This document shows, one piece after another, positions 1 to 8,141 of a stretch of 30,449 nucleotides of DNA. The stretch is from NCBI GenBank assembly GCA_041687695.1, contig JAWLBL010000047.1, positions 1 to 30,449 of the forward strand, written 5' to 3'. Numbering within the stretch: the first letter of the stretch is position 1; each line of letters starts with the position of its first letter. Source of the DNA: Myxococcota bacterium (GTDB lineage Bacteria > Myxococcota_A > UBA9042 > PHBI01 > JAWLBL01). The position numbers were made by a program, and so were the translations under genes. The notes beneath the pieces were generated by a model. It was not told the DNA's origin. It worked only from the letters and a program-made list of their open reading frames with translations, and made no database searches.

Positions 1-140
1 CGCTCTACTGGGCCACACGAGCACGGCTGACGCCTCGCTTCGCTAGCCGGGCGGCCCCACAAGCCGAGCGCCTCGGTGCAATTCCCTACAGGCTCCTAGT
101 GCATTCACTACAGCCGACCCCACAGCCAAGGAGCGATCCC

Positions 141-677
141 ATGCCCAGGTGGCCCCACGCACCACGACATGACTTCACCGCGCGCGGCGTCTACATGGTG
201 ACGGCGACGACACTGAATCGCGTCCCGTACTTCGACGCACCCGACCTGCGTTCGCGTCTGCAGGACGAGCTCCTGGGGTGTGCCGACCGCTTCGGATGGG
301 GTCTGCAGTCCTGGGGCGTCATGCCCGATCACTACCACTTCATGGCGCGGTCGCCCGAGGAGCCCCAGACCCTGCCGATGATGATCCGCCGCCTGCACTC
401 GGTCACGGCCATCGCCGTCAACAAGAGCGCCGGCGTCTCGAATCGCAAGATCTGGCGGCAGTACTGGGACACCCGAATCCGCGATGAGCGCGACTATTTC
501 GCCCGCATGGCCTATGTGTACCACAACCCGGTCAAGCACGGCCTGACCCTCGACCCCCTGGACTACCCGTGGTGCTCGGCTCGTTGGTTGCGCGAGCACA
601 CCCACCGCGAGTTCTTTCAGGCCCTCTGCGCCTACAAGCCCGAGAAGTTGCGGGTCCCAGAGCCCGGTAGCGCGTGA
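141..677 (+). mobile_element. REP-associated tyrosine transposase (RAYT/TnpA-REP; IS200/IS605-superfamily HUH Y1 nuclease)
   Basis: Motifs YMVTATT, WGVMPDHYH (HUH), IWRQYWDTRIRD, YVYHNPVKHGL (catalytic Tyr) and DYPWCS. ATG at 141 is preceded by an AAGGAG Shine-Dalgarno; the ORF track starts at 99. Confidence 0.88.
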
Positions 678-713
678 GCGCCTTGGCGTCCATCGGGACG
701 GCGCTGCTCTCCA
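677..713 (-). repeat. REP-like hairpin abutting the RAYT stop codon
   Basis: Minus strand reads TGGAG-AGC-AGCGCC-GTCCCGATGGACGCCAA-GGCGCT: a GGAG foot followed by an AGCGCC/GGCGCT stem. Confidence 0.5.
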
Positions 714-865
714 GCCAGCCTCAGCCCCCCTTGCGCGCCCGCGCGCCGGCCGACTACGCTCCCCCGCATTCGCTGCAGACGCACCGAGCGGTCGCCGGTC
801 GGCCGGGGGGCCCGACCAGCGCCCGCGCCCGCCCACACGCCGACGCCCCCGTCCGAGAGGCCCTC

Positions 866-1720
866 ATGCGTTCGCTCATCGTCAAGCTGCTCACCGCCGG
901 CGCCTGCCTCGGGCTCGCCAGCGTCGCCGTCGCCGAGGCCATCGAGCAGGGCAAGCTGCTGCCCGAGCCGGTCAAGGACATCCTGTGGACCAAGGCCTGC
1001 GACCTCACGCCGACCGACTGGCGCGTCAAGTGCAAGGACAACACCGATCCCAAGCTCTGCCAGTTCCGCAACTCCAAGGGCGAGCCCATCCAGCCGCTCG
1101 CCGGCGCCAGCGCCTCCGCCTCCATCCTGGCCCGCTTCTCGCTGCCCTGGACCGCCATCGCCCCGACGCTCGAAGAGGCTGGCCTGCCGCCCCTCGAGGA
1201 CGCCAGCGTGACCGACGAGACCGAGGTCGCCTTCCGCCGCCTCGCCGGCATCCCGGTGCAGACGCAGGACTCGGCCAAGAACTGGGGCGCCCTCGTCACC
1301 GTCAGCCCGGCCGCCGTCGACTGGGCGCTGCGCGAGCTCGTCCCCGCCCCCGACCGCCCCATGTGCGGCCAGACCGCCAAGGCCCTGTACGACGCCGGCT
1401 TCCGCGACTCCGTGCGCGTGACCGCCGACGCCTACACCTTCCTCAAGGGCAAGGGCTTGCTGAAGAACGTCACCACCGCCGCCCTCGACGAGGCCAACAA
1501 CGTCCGCAAGGGCAAGTACTTCCAGGCCTGCCAGTCCTTCGCCAAGGCCCAGAAGCGAAAGAAGGTCGAGCCCTACCTCGCCGACGGCGAGTGCCGCTTC
1601 TGGCTGCGCCGCGCCGCCGCCGGCCAGGCCGACCTCATCGCCGGCGCCATGGGGCTCGTGCTCGAGAAGTACGACCCGACCTTCTTCAAGAAGAACAAGC
1701 GCCACTTCGCCCGCAAGTGA
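866..1720 (+). CDS. Secreted hypothetical protein (Lys-rich, several Cys)
   Basis: ATG 866 follows GAGAGG. N-terminus MRSLIVKLLTAGACLGLASVAVAEA is a typical signal peptide. Strong GC3 codon bias. Confidence 0.75.
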   Translation: MRSLIVKLLTAGACLGLASVAVAEAIEQGKLLPEPVKDILWTKACDLTPTDWRVKCKDNTDPKLCQFRNSKGEPIQPLAGASASASILARFSLPWTAIAPTLEEAGLPPLEDASVTDETEVAFRRLAGIPVQTQDSAKNWGALVTVSPAAVDWALRELVPAPDRPMCGQTAKALYDAGFRDSVRVTADAYTFLKGKGLLKNVTTAALDEANNVRKGKYFQACQSFAKAQKRKKVEPYLADGECRFWLRRAAAGQADLIAGAMGLVLEKYDPTFFKKNKRHFARK

Positions 1721-1744
1721 CCTCGCGACCCCTCGGCGCGGCGC

Positions 1745-2611
1745 TCACTTCACGAAGCGCCGCGCCGAGTCCCGCCGGAACGGGTCCCACAGCGGCGTCT
1801 TCAGCACCCCGTCCGCCCGCTCCGGCAGCACGAACCACACCCCGTCCACCGTCGCCGGCCGCGGCCCCGCGATGACGTGGAAGTCCTGCGCGGGGATGAA
1901 CGACTGCCCGACCAGCGCGACCCGCCGCCCGTCCGGGTGCTCCGCCACGTCCAGCACCACCACGGCGTGCCCCGGGTACCCCGGCCACACGAAGGTGTCG
2001 CCCGCCTCGATGGCCTCGCCCTCGGCCACCGCCCGCGTGTCCCGCGCCAGCGACGATGTCCCGGCGTACATGAACACGTGCTGCAGCCACGCCCGGAACG
2101 TCCCGTGGTCCGGCTTGGGCTTGGCGCTGACCTGGGTCACGATCCGCTCCTTGCCCTTGTAGCGGACCCGCTTGCCGGCCTTCCAGTCGGCCCACGACGT
2201 CACGTCGCCGTTGGTGTAGTGGTACCTCAGCCCGTCGACCTTCCCGCGCGACCACAGGTACTCGGCCCGCAGCCGAATCGCTGCGTCCGCGCACTGCTGC
2301 AGATCCCCGCGCCCCACGTCCATCAGCACCACACCGGCCGACGACGCCTGAAAGACGTGCTCGCCCTTGTAGCTGTAGACCTCCTCGCGGTCGGTCCGCA
2401 CCGGCAGCCCGCGCAGCCACTCGGCGTACGACCCCGCCGTCACCTCGACCCGCCTGAACCCGTCCGGCGGCGCAAACCGCTCGGCCAGCGGCCGACTCGG
2501 CGGCAGCGCCCCCGACCACTCGGCCAGCCAGGCATAGCGCGCCGGCTCGGCCGCCGCCGCGCCCGTCACCAGCGACATCGACATGCACAAGGCCAGCAGC
2601 AGGCGCTCCAT
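1745..2611 (-). CDS. DUF4846-like secreted protein
   Basis: Signal peptide MERLLLALC...AAAA; motifs RFAPPDGFRR, DLQQCADAAIRLRAEYLW, VFMYAGTSSL, GYPGHAVVVLDVA and GQSFIPAQDFHV. GAGGA Shine-Dalgarno before ATG 2611. Confidence 0.85.
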   Translation of the reverse strand: MERLLLALCMSMSLVTGAAAAEPARYAWLAEWSGALPPSRPLAERFAPPDGFRRVEVTAGSYAEWLRGLPVRTDREEVYSYKGEHVFQASSAGVVLMDVGRGDLQQCADAAIRLRAEYLWSRGKVDGLRYHYTNGDVTSWADWKAGKRVRYKGKERIVTQVSAKPKPDHGTFRAWLQHVFMYAGTSSLARDTRAVAEGEAIEAGDTFVWPGYPGHAVVVLDVAEHPDGRRVALVGQSFIPAQDFHVIAGPRPATVDGVWFVLPERADGVLKTPLWDPFRRDSARRFVK

Positions 2612-2712
2612 CGTTTCCTCACGGGCGTGCAGGTGTTCGGGGCCTGCCACGGACGCTCGAGCCGCCCGTGGCATTCCCCGTCACCCGACCCTGTGGCGAG
2701 CCCCGACCAGGG

Positions 2713-3300
2713 TCAAGGCTGCGCGTCGGGCGCCGGCAGCACGTAGCACGGGCTCGGCGGCCCCGTGTAGGTGTCACAGCTGTCCCACGCCTCCATGAAC
2801 TCCATCGCACCCCCGACCCGGACCCCGCCCACCACGCTGCCCTCGGCGTTCTCCAGCGTGAGGTCCAGCGTCAGCGGCGCCGTCAGCGGAAAGTCGTCAC
2901 TCTCCGGCCACGCCAGCACGGCCTCCATGTCGTGGCAATGCACCTGCACCGACCCGCCGACCGGGATGACCAGGTCCTCCGCGACCGGCAACGCCCCCAC
3001 CACAAGGTCGGGGTCGACCGTCACGTCCACGTCCGCCAGCACCAGCTCGTTCGGGGTCTTGTTCTCGACGGTCATGGTCACCGCCACCCGGCGGAACTCC
3101 ATCATCTCGTTGCACCGCGACGTGTAGGCGGCGTCCAGCGTCACTGTCGCCACCGGCGCCACCTCCTGCGGCGTCTCGTCACCCGGGCCCTCCTCTTCCG
3201 GGTCCAGGCCCACGCCCTTCGTCTCGAGCTCGCCCGCGTCACATCCCGCCATCGCCCCCAGGGCCAGCGGCACCATCACCCAACGCATCCAGCGCTTCAT
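2713..3300 (-). CDS. Putative lipoprotein, unknown function
   Basis: MKRWMRWVMVPLALGAMAGC lipobox, GGAGA Shine-Dalgarno, acidic beta-rich mature region. Confidence 0.75.
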   Translation of the reverse strand: MKRWMRWVMVPLALGAMAGCDAGELETKGVGLDPEEEGPGDETPQEVAPVATVTLDAAYTSRCNEMMEFRRVAVTMTVENKTPNELVLADVDVTVDPDLVVGALPVAEDLVIPVGGSVQVHCHDMEAVLAWPESDDFPLTAPLTLDLTLENAEGSVVGGVRVGGAMEFMEAWDSCDTYTGPPSPCYVLPAPDAQP

Positions 3301-3486
3301 GTGTCTTCTCCAGCGATTCGTCTCCGGCGTCCCACCTCGGAACCGCCGCATCGCCCAAGAGCATCAGCAAGCGCCGTGCCAACCTCCTCCGACCCTCAAG
3401 AACTCAGCCCGATCCGCCCCTCACCCCCCATCGCGTGGATTCCGATCCCATCCGGCTACTTGCTTTACAGCTCCGCCCCGGCCCCT

Positions 3487-3660
3487 TCACTCATCGTCGC
3501 GGCCCGTGGCGTTCGCGTCGAACCGATACAGCACGTCGCTCGCGCCGGTGTTGGCGACGAACACCGCGTCGGCGTCCGCGCCGCCGACGGCATCCGGCGT
3601 CGCGTCACCACAAGCCAGCCCTGCCAGGACCAACCCGAACCCCCAATGCTTCACCTTCAC
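3487..3660 (-). CDS. 57-aa small lipoprotein-like ORF, possibly a chimeric remnant (not in the ORF track)
   Basis: GTG 3660 with a GGAGGGG Shine-Dalgarno. Translation MKVKHWGFGLVLAGLACGDATPDAVGGADADAVFVANTGASDVLYRFDANATGRDDE*; lipobox GLAC. Confidence 0.55.
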   Translation of the reverse strand: MKVKHWGFGLVLAGLACGDATPDAVGGADADAVFVANTGASDVLYRFDANATGRDDE

Positions 3661-3709
3661 CGTCCCCTCCCGTTCGCGGCCCCAAGCTCACACCGCGCGT
3701 CCTGCCCCA

Positions 3710-4402
3710 TCACCGGCCGTCTTCGGCCCACTTCCCCAACCAATCGTGACACTCCGGGAGCGTCGGATCCTCGAGGTATTCATACGTGGTAGACGCCACG
3801 CCTCCATAGTACTCGACAGGAACCCTGACATACTGCAGCGAAGCTGCACCAGGCGTGACATCCTCTCGGGCTTGGATGTGATATCCACAGCACGTGCTTG
3901 AATAGTACAGGACGGTCGGTGAGTAGATGTATCCTGCATCGATGGGTCGATCGCAGTGCAGCATGCGGTCGAAGACATTCGTAGCCGCCGTGCACACTGC
4001 GTTCCCGGTCATTGTACCCGACTCGATGAGCCAAAGCCTCTCGCGTTCGAAGTCGATGGGTTCATCCTGTGCGTCGGGTGCATAGGCGATGCAACCGACC
4101 TTGGAGAGGTCTTCCGCTGACTCGACCTTGGATGTTGGGAAAACGTCGTACCAGAGATGATCTGGATGCGTGTTGACCAAGCAATAGGGTCTCGCTTCCT
4201 CGACGATAGTGCACTTGGCCGCTCCGTCGTCCGCGTCTGATCCCGAGTCTGCCTCCGGCACATCTGCGACGTCCGCCGCGTCCGACTCTTTGGCCTCGGC
4301 CACTTCCGTGGCATCGACTGGGATGGTGACGGCCCCTTGTGTCCCGTCGCTGCAGGCGACCAAAGCGCTCAGAAGCAGCACGCTGAGAGTGGAAGCCTTC
4401 AT
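3710..4402 (-). CDS. Cys-rich putative lipoprotein
   Basis: MKASTLSVLLLSALVAC lipobox, acidic linker, Cys-rich domain. The ATG overlaps the upstream stop (ATGA at 4402-4399). GC content is lower than in the flanks. Confidence 0.7.
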   Translation of the reverse strand: MKASTLSVLLLSALVACSDGTQGAVTIPVDATEVAEAKESDAADVADVPEADSGSDADDGAAKCTIVEEARPYCLVNTHPDHLWYDVFPTSKVESAEDLSKVGCIAYAPDAQDEPIDFERERLWLIESGTMTGNAVCTAATNVFDRMLHCDRPIDAGYIYSPTVLYYSSTCCGYHIQAREDVTPGAASLQYVRVPVEYYGGVASTTYEYLEDPTLPECHDWLGKWAEDGR

Positions 4403-5722
4403 TGTGGCGAATACCTGTACAGCACGTCGTGACCACCCAGGTTGGCCACGAAGATGGTGTCGGCGAGACCGTTGCCGTCCAGGTCGGCGCAGACGATGGT
4501 CTCGGTCATGTCCAGCACGCGGTCGAAGCGGAACCCGAGCTGCGTGTGCCGCGAGATGAAGGGCCCCGTTCGACGGGGTCTCATGACTGCGTTCATCATG
4601 TGTCGGCCGTTGTTGATGTCGCCATTGGCATAGAACAGCGTCATGACGCCGGGCGCGTCCTCGAGGACGCAGGCCGCGATGTCCTGTGTCCAATCGTTCG
4701 AGTTCAAGTAGTTGAAATCCGTGGGCGTGCATCCTTGAGTCGGCGCCCCCGGGCCGCACCCGGTGTTCAGTTGGGAAGCCGCGCGCTGTCGTCCACGAAG
4801 CCTCCAGCCCCGGTGTTTCGAAGCAGGATGTTCTTGGCGTTCTGCTGCCGCGCCAGCAGCAAATCGTTCCAGCCGTCCCCGTCGACGTCTGTACAAGTGA
4901 CCTTGTGGACCCGATACACCTCGGGCAGGCCCCACGTCTGCCCATTGACCGCCGTGAAGCCAAGCGTGGCCGGCTGGCCGGCCTGCATGGTGTTGAGCAG
5001 GATGCGGGGACGCTTCACGGACGGGCTGAGTCCCAGGACGCGCCGACCGGCCTCGACCAGATCCAGGTCGCCGTCGTTGTCCAGGTCGCAAGCGGCCACG
5101 GTGTAGGCGTCGAGCTCCACATCGACCGGGATGAGCGTACTCGCCTCGGCGAACCCCCCTTGGCCTCCCAGGAAGAGCCGGGTCGGATGATCACCTCCCG
5201 GCCAAGGGACGCCGCCGGGTGCGTAGTACACCTTGGGTGTCACGACATCCAGCCAGCCGTCGCCGCATCGCGGAGGTCCGATAGCGCCTCGGCCATCTCG
5301 GGGTCCGTCGCGTACCATTCCTTCGTGACCAACGGGATCTCGGCATCGCTCCACACCACGACGCCGACGCTCGAGCCCGTCGGTCGCGACAACGTGGCCG
5401 CGATGACTGGCTCGGTCGCGTTGCCCCAGGCCTGGTAGCGCGCCGCGGCTTCCGCGAAGGCCATCGCGCCCCAATCGACCAGCTGTCCCGCAGCGGTTCT
5501 GGCTTCTTCGTGCGCCTGCGACGCCCCGATGACCTTCTCCCGGGTGACGACCTGGCCCGTGAACGGGAGCTTCACCTTCGAACTCGCGACGGTCCCCGAC
5601 AGACCGCTCGGCTCGTTCGCCGGTGGCTGGGGCGGTTGACCGCGCGCCGCAAGCGTGGGGCCGATCACGAGGACGACCAGTGCCGCCGTCGTCGTGGACA
5701 GGTTCCTCAGAGATGTCGTCAT
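4399..5722 (-). pseudogene. Disrupted secreted FG-GAP/VCBS repeat protein, split over three frames
   Basis: Signal-peptide ORF 5722-5240; FG-GAP motifs GDGWLDVV, DLDNDGDLDLV and DVDGDGWNDLL in a second frame (about 5265-4770); DLDGNGLADTIFVAN in a third frame ending at 4399. Frame breaks at about 5265 and 4770. Confidence 0.7.
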
Positions 5723-5960
5723 GGTGTCGCCTTCACCTTCTCGTCACGACGGCCGAGCTCGGATGGTAGCAGCCGTGCACCCTGCCCCAGCTCCGGCCCA
5801 GCGCGCAACGCCTTTCGCAAGGTGCGGGGCACCATCCGCAGTAACTCATTGATACACAGGCGGATCGCAGGCGCTTGGAGGCTCGGGTCCGAGCCCTGCC
5901 GGGGGCCTCGCGGCGCAGGGCGGACATTCGAGGCTCTGGCGCGGGCGCGGGGTGGTGCGG

Positions 5961-5990
5961 TTGACAGGTGAAATCGGGTCGTGAAACGGT
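5961..5990 (+). promoter_or_regulatory. Possible sigma70-type promoter for the 6043 gene
   Basis: Perfect TTGACA at 5961-5966; weak -10-like AACGGT at an 18-bp spacing. Confidence 0.3.
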
Positions 5991-6042
5991 ACCGGGCATC
6001 CTCAGCGGACAGGAGTCCATCACCCTACAAGGAGGCGATCCC

Positions 6043-6840
6043 ATGTCGCTCGCGTTCGAACCGTCATCCGCCCTGGCCCTGCTCAACAAGCTCGAAGCGA
6101 CGCTGCGGGCGTTGCCGGCCGATTCGCTCGTCCGGCAGCGCGTCACGCGTGAGACGGCGCTTGCGCTCACGGCCAAGGTGCTCGAGCTCGCCGAGGCGCT
6201 GAAGGCCCTGATCGAGGGGACGCTCTTGCCGCACGCGGCCGCCCCGCGGCTGGAAGAGCTGGCGACGCTGGCGAATAGGGCCTTGGCGTTCTACATGGCG
6301 GACCTGCTGATCGAGAGCGGCTGGACTCCCGAGCGCAAGCAGCGGCGCGCCGAGCTAGCGGCGCGGCTGCGCGAGCACGACGTGGCCTTCTTGACCTGGG
6401 CGCGGGCGCTGTTTCTGGGGGATGCGGCGGTGACCGCCGAGATCGACAAGATCGCGTCCGGCACGGGGCACCGCGACGACGCCGACGACGTGCTGCGCCT
6501 GACCGCGCTCTTCGCGCGCCACTGGGAGCGCGTGAAGGACTATCTGCCCTTCGACGCGGCGGCGCGAGAGCAGGCGGCCGCCGAGGCGACGGCGATGCTG
6601 GCCCTGCTCGACAGCGCGGGCGCCGAGACCGACCCCTCGCGGGATCTCGCCCGGCGCGCCTACTCCTACTGGGCCAACGCCTACGACGAGATCGTTGCGC
6701 TGGGGCGCTATCTCCTGCGACGCGAAGCGGACATCAAGGCCAAGCTGCCCGGGCTGGTCGAGCCACGCACGGCGACCACCGCGGCGGCGAGTGTGCCAGA
6801 GGCTCCCGTCGCGCCGGCGCCGGCCGAGTCCGAGGCCTGA
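6043..6840 (+). CDS. Hypothetical all-alpha-helical protein
   Basis: AAGGAGG Shine-Dalgarno before ATG 6043; Ala/Leu/Arg-rich helical sequence; GHRDDADDVLRL segment; Pro/Ala-rich tail. Confidence 0.8.
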   Translation: MSLAFEPSSALALLNKLEATLRALPADSLVRQRVTRETALALTAKVLELAEALKALIEGTLLPHAAAPRLEELATLANRALAFYMADLLIESGWTPERKQRRAELAARLREHDVAFLTWARALFLGDAAVTAEIDKIASGTGHRDDADDVLRLTALFARHWERVKDYLPFDAAAREQAAAEATAMLALLDSAGAETDPSRDLARRAYSYWANAYDEIVALGRYLLRREADIKAKLPGLVEPRTATTAAASVPEAPVAPAPAESEA

Positions 6841-6945
6841 CGACTCGTTCTGTTCACGCGCGGCAAACTGCGCTGCGCCGGGCGCGTTCTGCCGCGTTCC
6901 CTGGACGGCGCATCTGGCGGCCCGAGGGACGGTCGGTCCGGGAGA

Positions 6946-7277
6946 CTCGCGAGTTGGGGAAGGCCGCCGACAGCCTGAACCAACTCGCGAGCTTCGGTGA
7001 GGGCTGTCTACAGCCTCGGTGGAAACTCGCGAGCTTCGGAGAGGGCTGTCGACGGCCTTGGTGGAAACTCGCGAGATTCGCCGAAGGCTATCGACAGCCT
7101 TGGTGGAAACTCGCGAGCTTCGATGAGGCCTGTCGACAGCCTCGTTGGAAGCTCGCGAGCTTCGATGAGGCCTGTCGACAGCCTCGTTGGAAGCTCGCGA
7201 GCTTCGATGAGGCCTGTCGACAGGGCTTCAGGCGACTCACGAGCCTCGGCCAGGGCTGCGGATAGGGTCTGCGCACA
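6946..7277. repeat. 42-bp tandem repeat array (7 in-register units plus 1 degenerate unit)
   Basis: CTCGCGAG starts at 6946, 6984, 7026, 7068, 7110, 7152 and 7194, with CTCACGAG at 7236. Representative unit: CTCGCGAGCTTCGATGAGGCCTGTCGACAGCCTCGTTGGAAG. Confidence 0.95.
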
Positions 7278-7354
7278 GAGGGCGACTCGCCAGTATCGGC
7301 AGGTCCAGGCTCGACCGGCGTGCTCAGACTCCGGCCGACCGGCAGTCAGCGAGT

Positions 7355-7738
7355 CTACGTGTCGGCCAACCTGCTGGCCGCCTTCGACAGCTTGGCGTCG
7401 AAGGTGACGAGGTCGGCTCCGAGGGAGCGCGCGAGGTAGAGGTAGCTGGCGTCGTAGGACGTGAGGTCGAGGTCGAGGGCGAGTTCGAACGCCGCGGCCT
7501 GGTCGACGTCCGCCCATACGAGGTCGAGGGCCAGAGCATCCTCCAAGGCGGCGACGAGCGCGGGCTGCAGGTGGGGGTTCAGTCGCGACTTGCGGAGCGC
7601 GACGCTCGCGAGCTCGTAAGCCAGGAGGGTAGGGGCGTGCAACGTCGCGCCGGCGAGGAGATTCGCCGCCTCCTCGACGCGGGGCTCCGCGAAGGCGATG
7701 GCCGCCAGGACCGACGCATCGACGACCTCATCGGCCAT
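7355..7738 (-). CDS. vapC: PIN-domain toxin (VapC/FitB-like)
   Basis: VVDASV, YELASV, LTSYDASYLYLA and LVTFD carry the PIN acidic residues. The gene overlaps the upstream antitoxin. Confidence 0.9.
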   Translation of the reverse strand: MADEVVDASVLAAIAFAEPRVEEAANLLAGATLHAPTLLAYELASVALRKSRLNPHLQPALVAALEDALALDLVWADVDQAAAFELALDLDLTSYDASYLYLARSLGADLVTFDAKLSKAASRLADT

Positions 7739-7961
7739 CGCGCTCGGCCCTGACGAGCTCGGTGGCCTCGTCCGCGGTAGACAGCCCGCGGCGCTGGTTG
7801 GCCTCGCGGAGATCCGAGAGGGTCAGGCGGCGCGGGGCGACGGCTTGCTCGAGGATGGCGAGCAGCTCGCTTTGCAGCGAGCGGTGGTGGCGTCGAGCGC
7901 GCTCGCGGAGGGCCTGCACGACGTGGTCGGGGACCTTCTCGATGGACAGGTTCACGGGCAT
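7728..7961 (-). CDS. Ribbon-helix-helix antitoxin (Arc/FitA-like)
   Basis: MPVNLSIEKVPDHVVQALRERARRHHRSLQSELLAILEQA is an Arc/FitA RHH signature; C-terminal ELVRAERDGR. Confidence 0.88.
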   Translation of the reverse strand: MPVNLSIEKVPDHVVQALRERARRHHRSLQSELLAILEQAVAPRRLTLSDLREANQRRGLSTADEATELVRAERDGR

Positions 7962-7965
7962 GGCC

Positions 7966-8005
7966 GGGCTCCGAGTGGTTCCCATCTGGAGCCAACCTGG
8001 AGCCG
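7966..8005. promoter_or_regulatory. Putative TA autoregulatory operator array
   Basis: Four GGnnCC boxes (GGCTCC 7967, GGTTCC 7977, GGAGCC 7988, GGAGCC 7999) spaced 10-11 bp apart, just upstream of the antitoxin ATG. Confidence 0.5.
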
Positions 8006-8081
8006 CGCCCCTCGACCGTCAAGGCGCGCGGCGGGTCGGGCGAGGTGGCTGGGAGCTGCACCGCGGCCGCAGGGGGTGGCG

Positions 8082-8111
8082 TTGACGGGGGAGGGCAGGG
8101 TGCCCTAGCGT
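8082..8111 (+). promoter_or_regulatory. Possible sigma70 promoter for the ThDP enzyme gene
   Basis: TTGACG (8082-8087), 18-bp spacer, TAGCGT (8106-8111). Confidence 0.35.
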
Positions 8112-8141
8112 GCCGGCAACGAAGGCTCCGGGAGGGCGGCG

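Noticed and set aside
1..98. Upstream REP of the RAYT (minus strand GTAGAGCG at 8-1)
   Set aside because: Any hairpin would lie outside the window, so it cannot be verified.
141..677. Autonomous IS200/IS605 element
   Set aside because: No tnpB, and the motifs (QYWDTRIRD, NPVKHGL, YPWCS) fit the RAYT subfamily better than IS200 TnpA.
127..6045. Near-identical translation start context CAAGGAG(G)CGATCCCATG at RAYT (127-143) and the 6043 gene (6028-6045)
   Set aside because: Mostly Shine-Dalgarno plus ATG, and a similar GGAGGATCCCATG occurs at 20399-20411. Best explained by lineage-specific RBS preference.
6946..7277. CRISPR array or TIGR array
   Set aside because: No unique spacers: the units are degenerate copies of each other. 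No cas genes or recognisable Nop-domain gene nearby.
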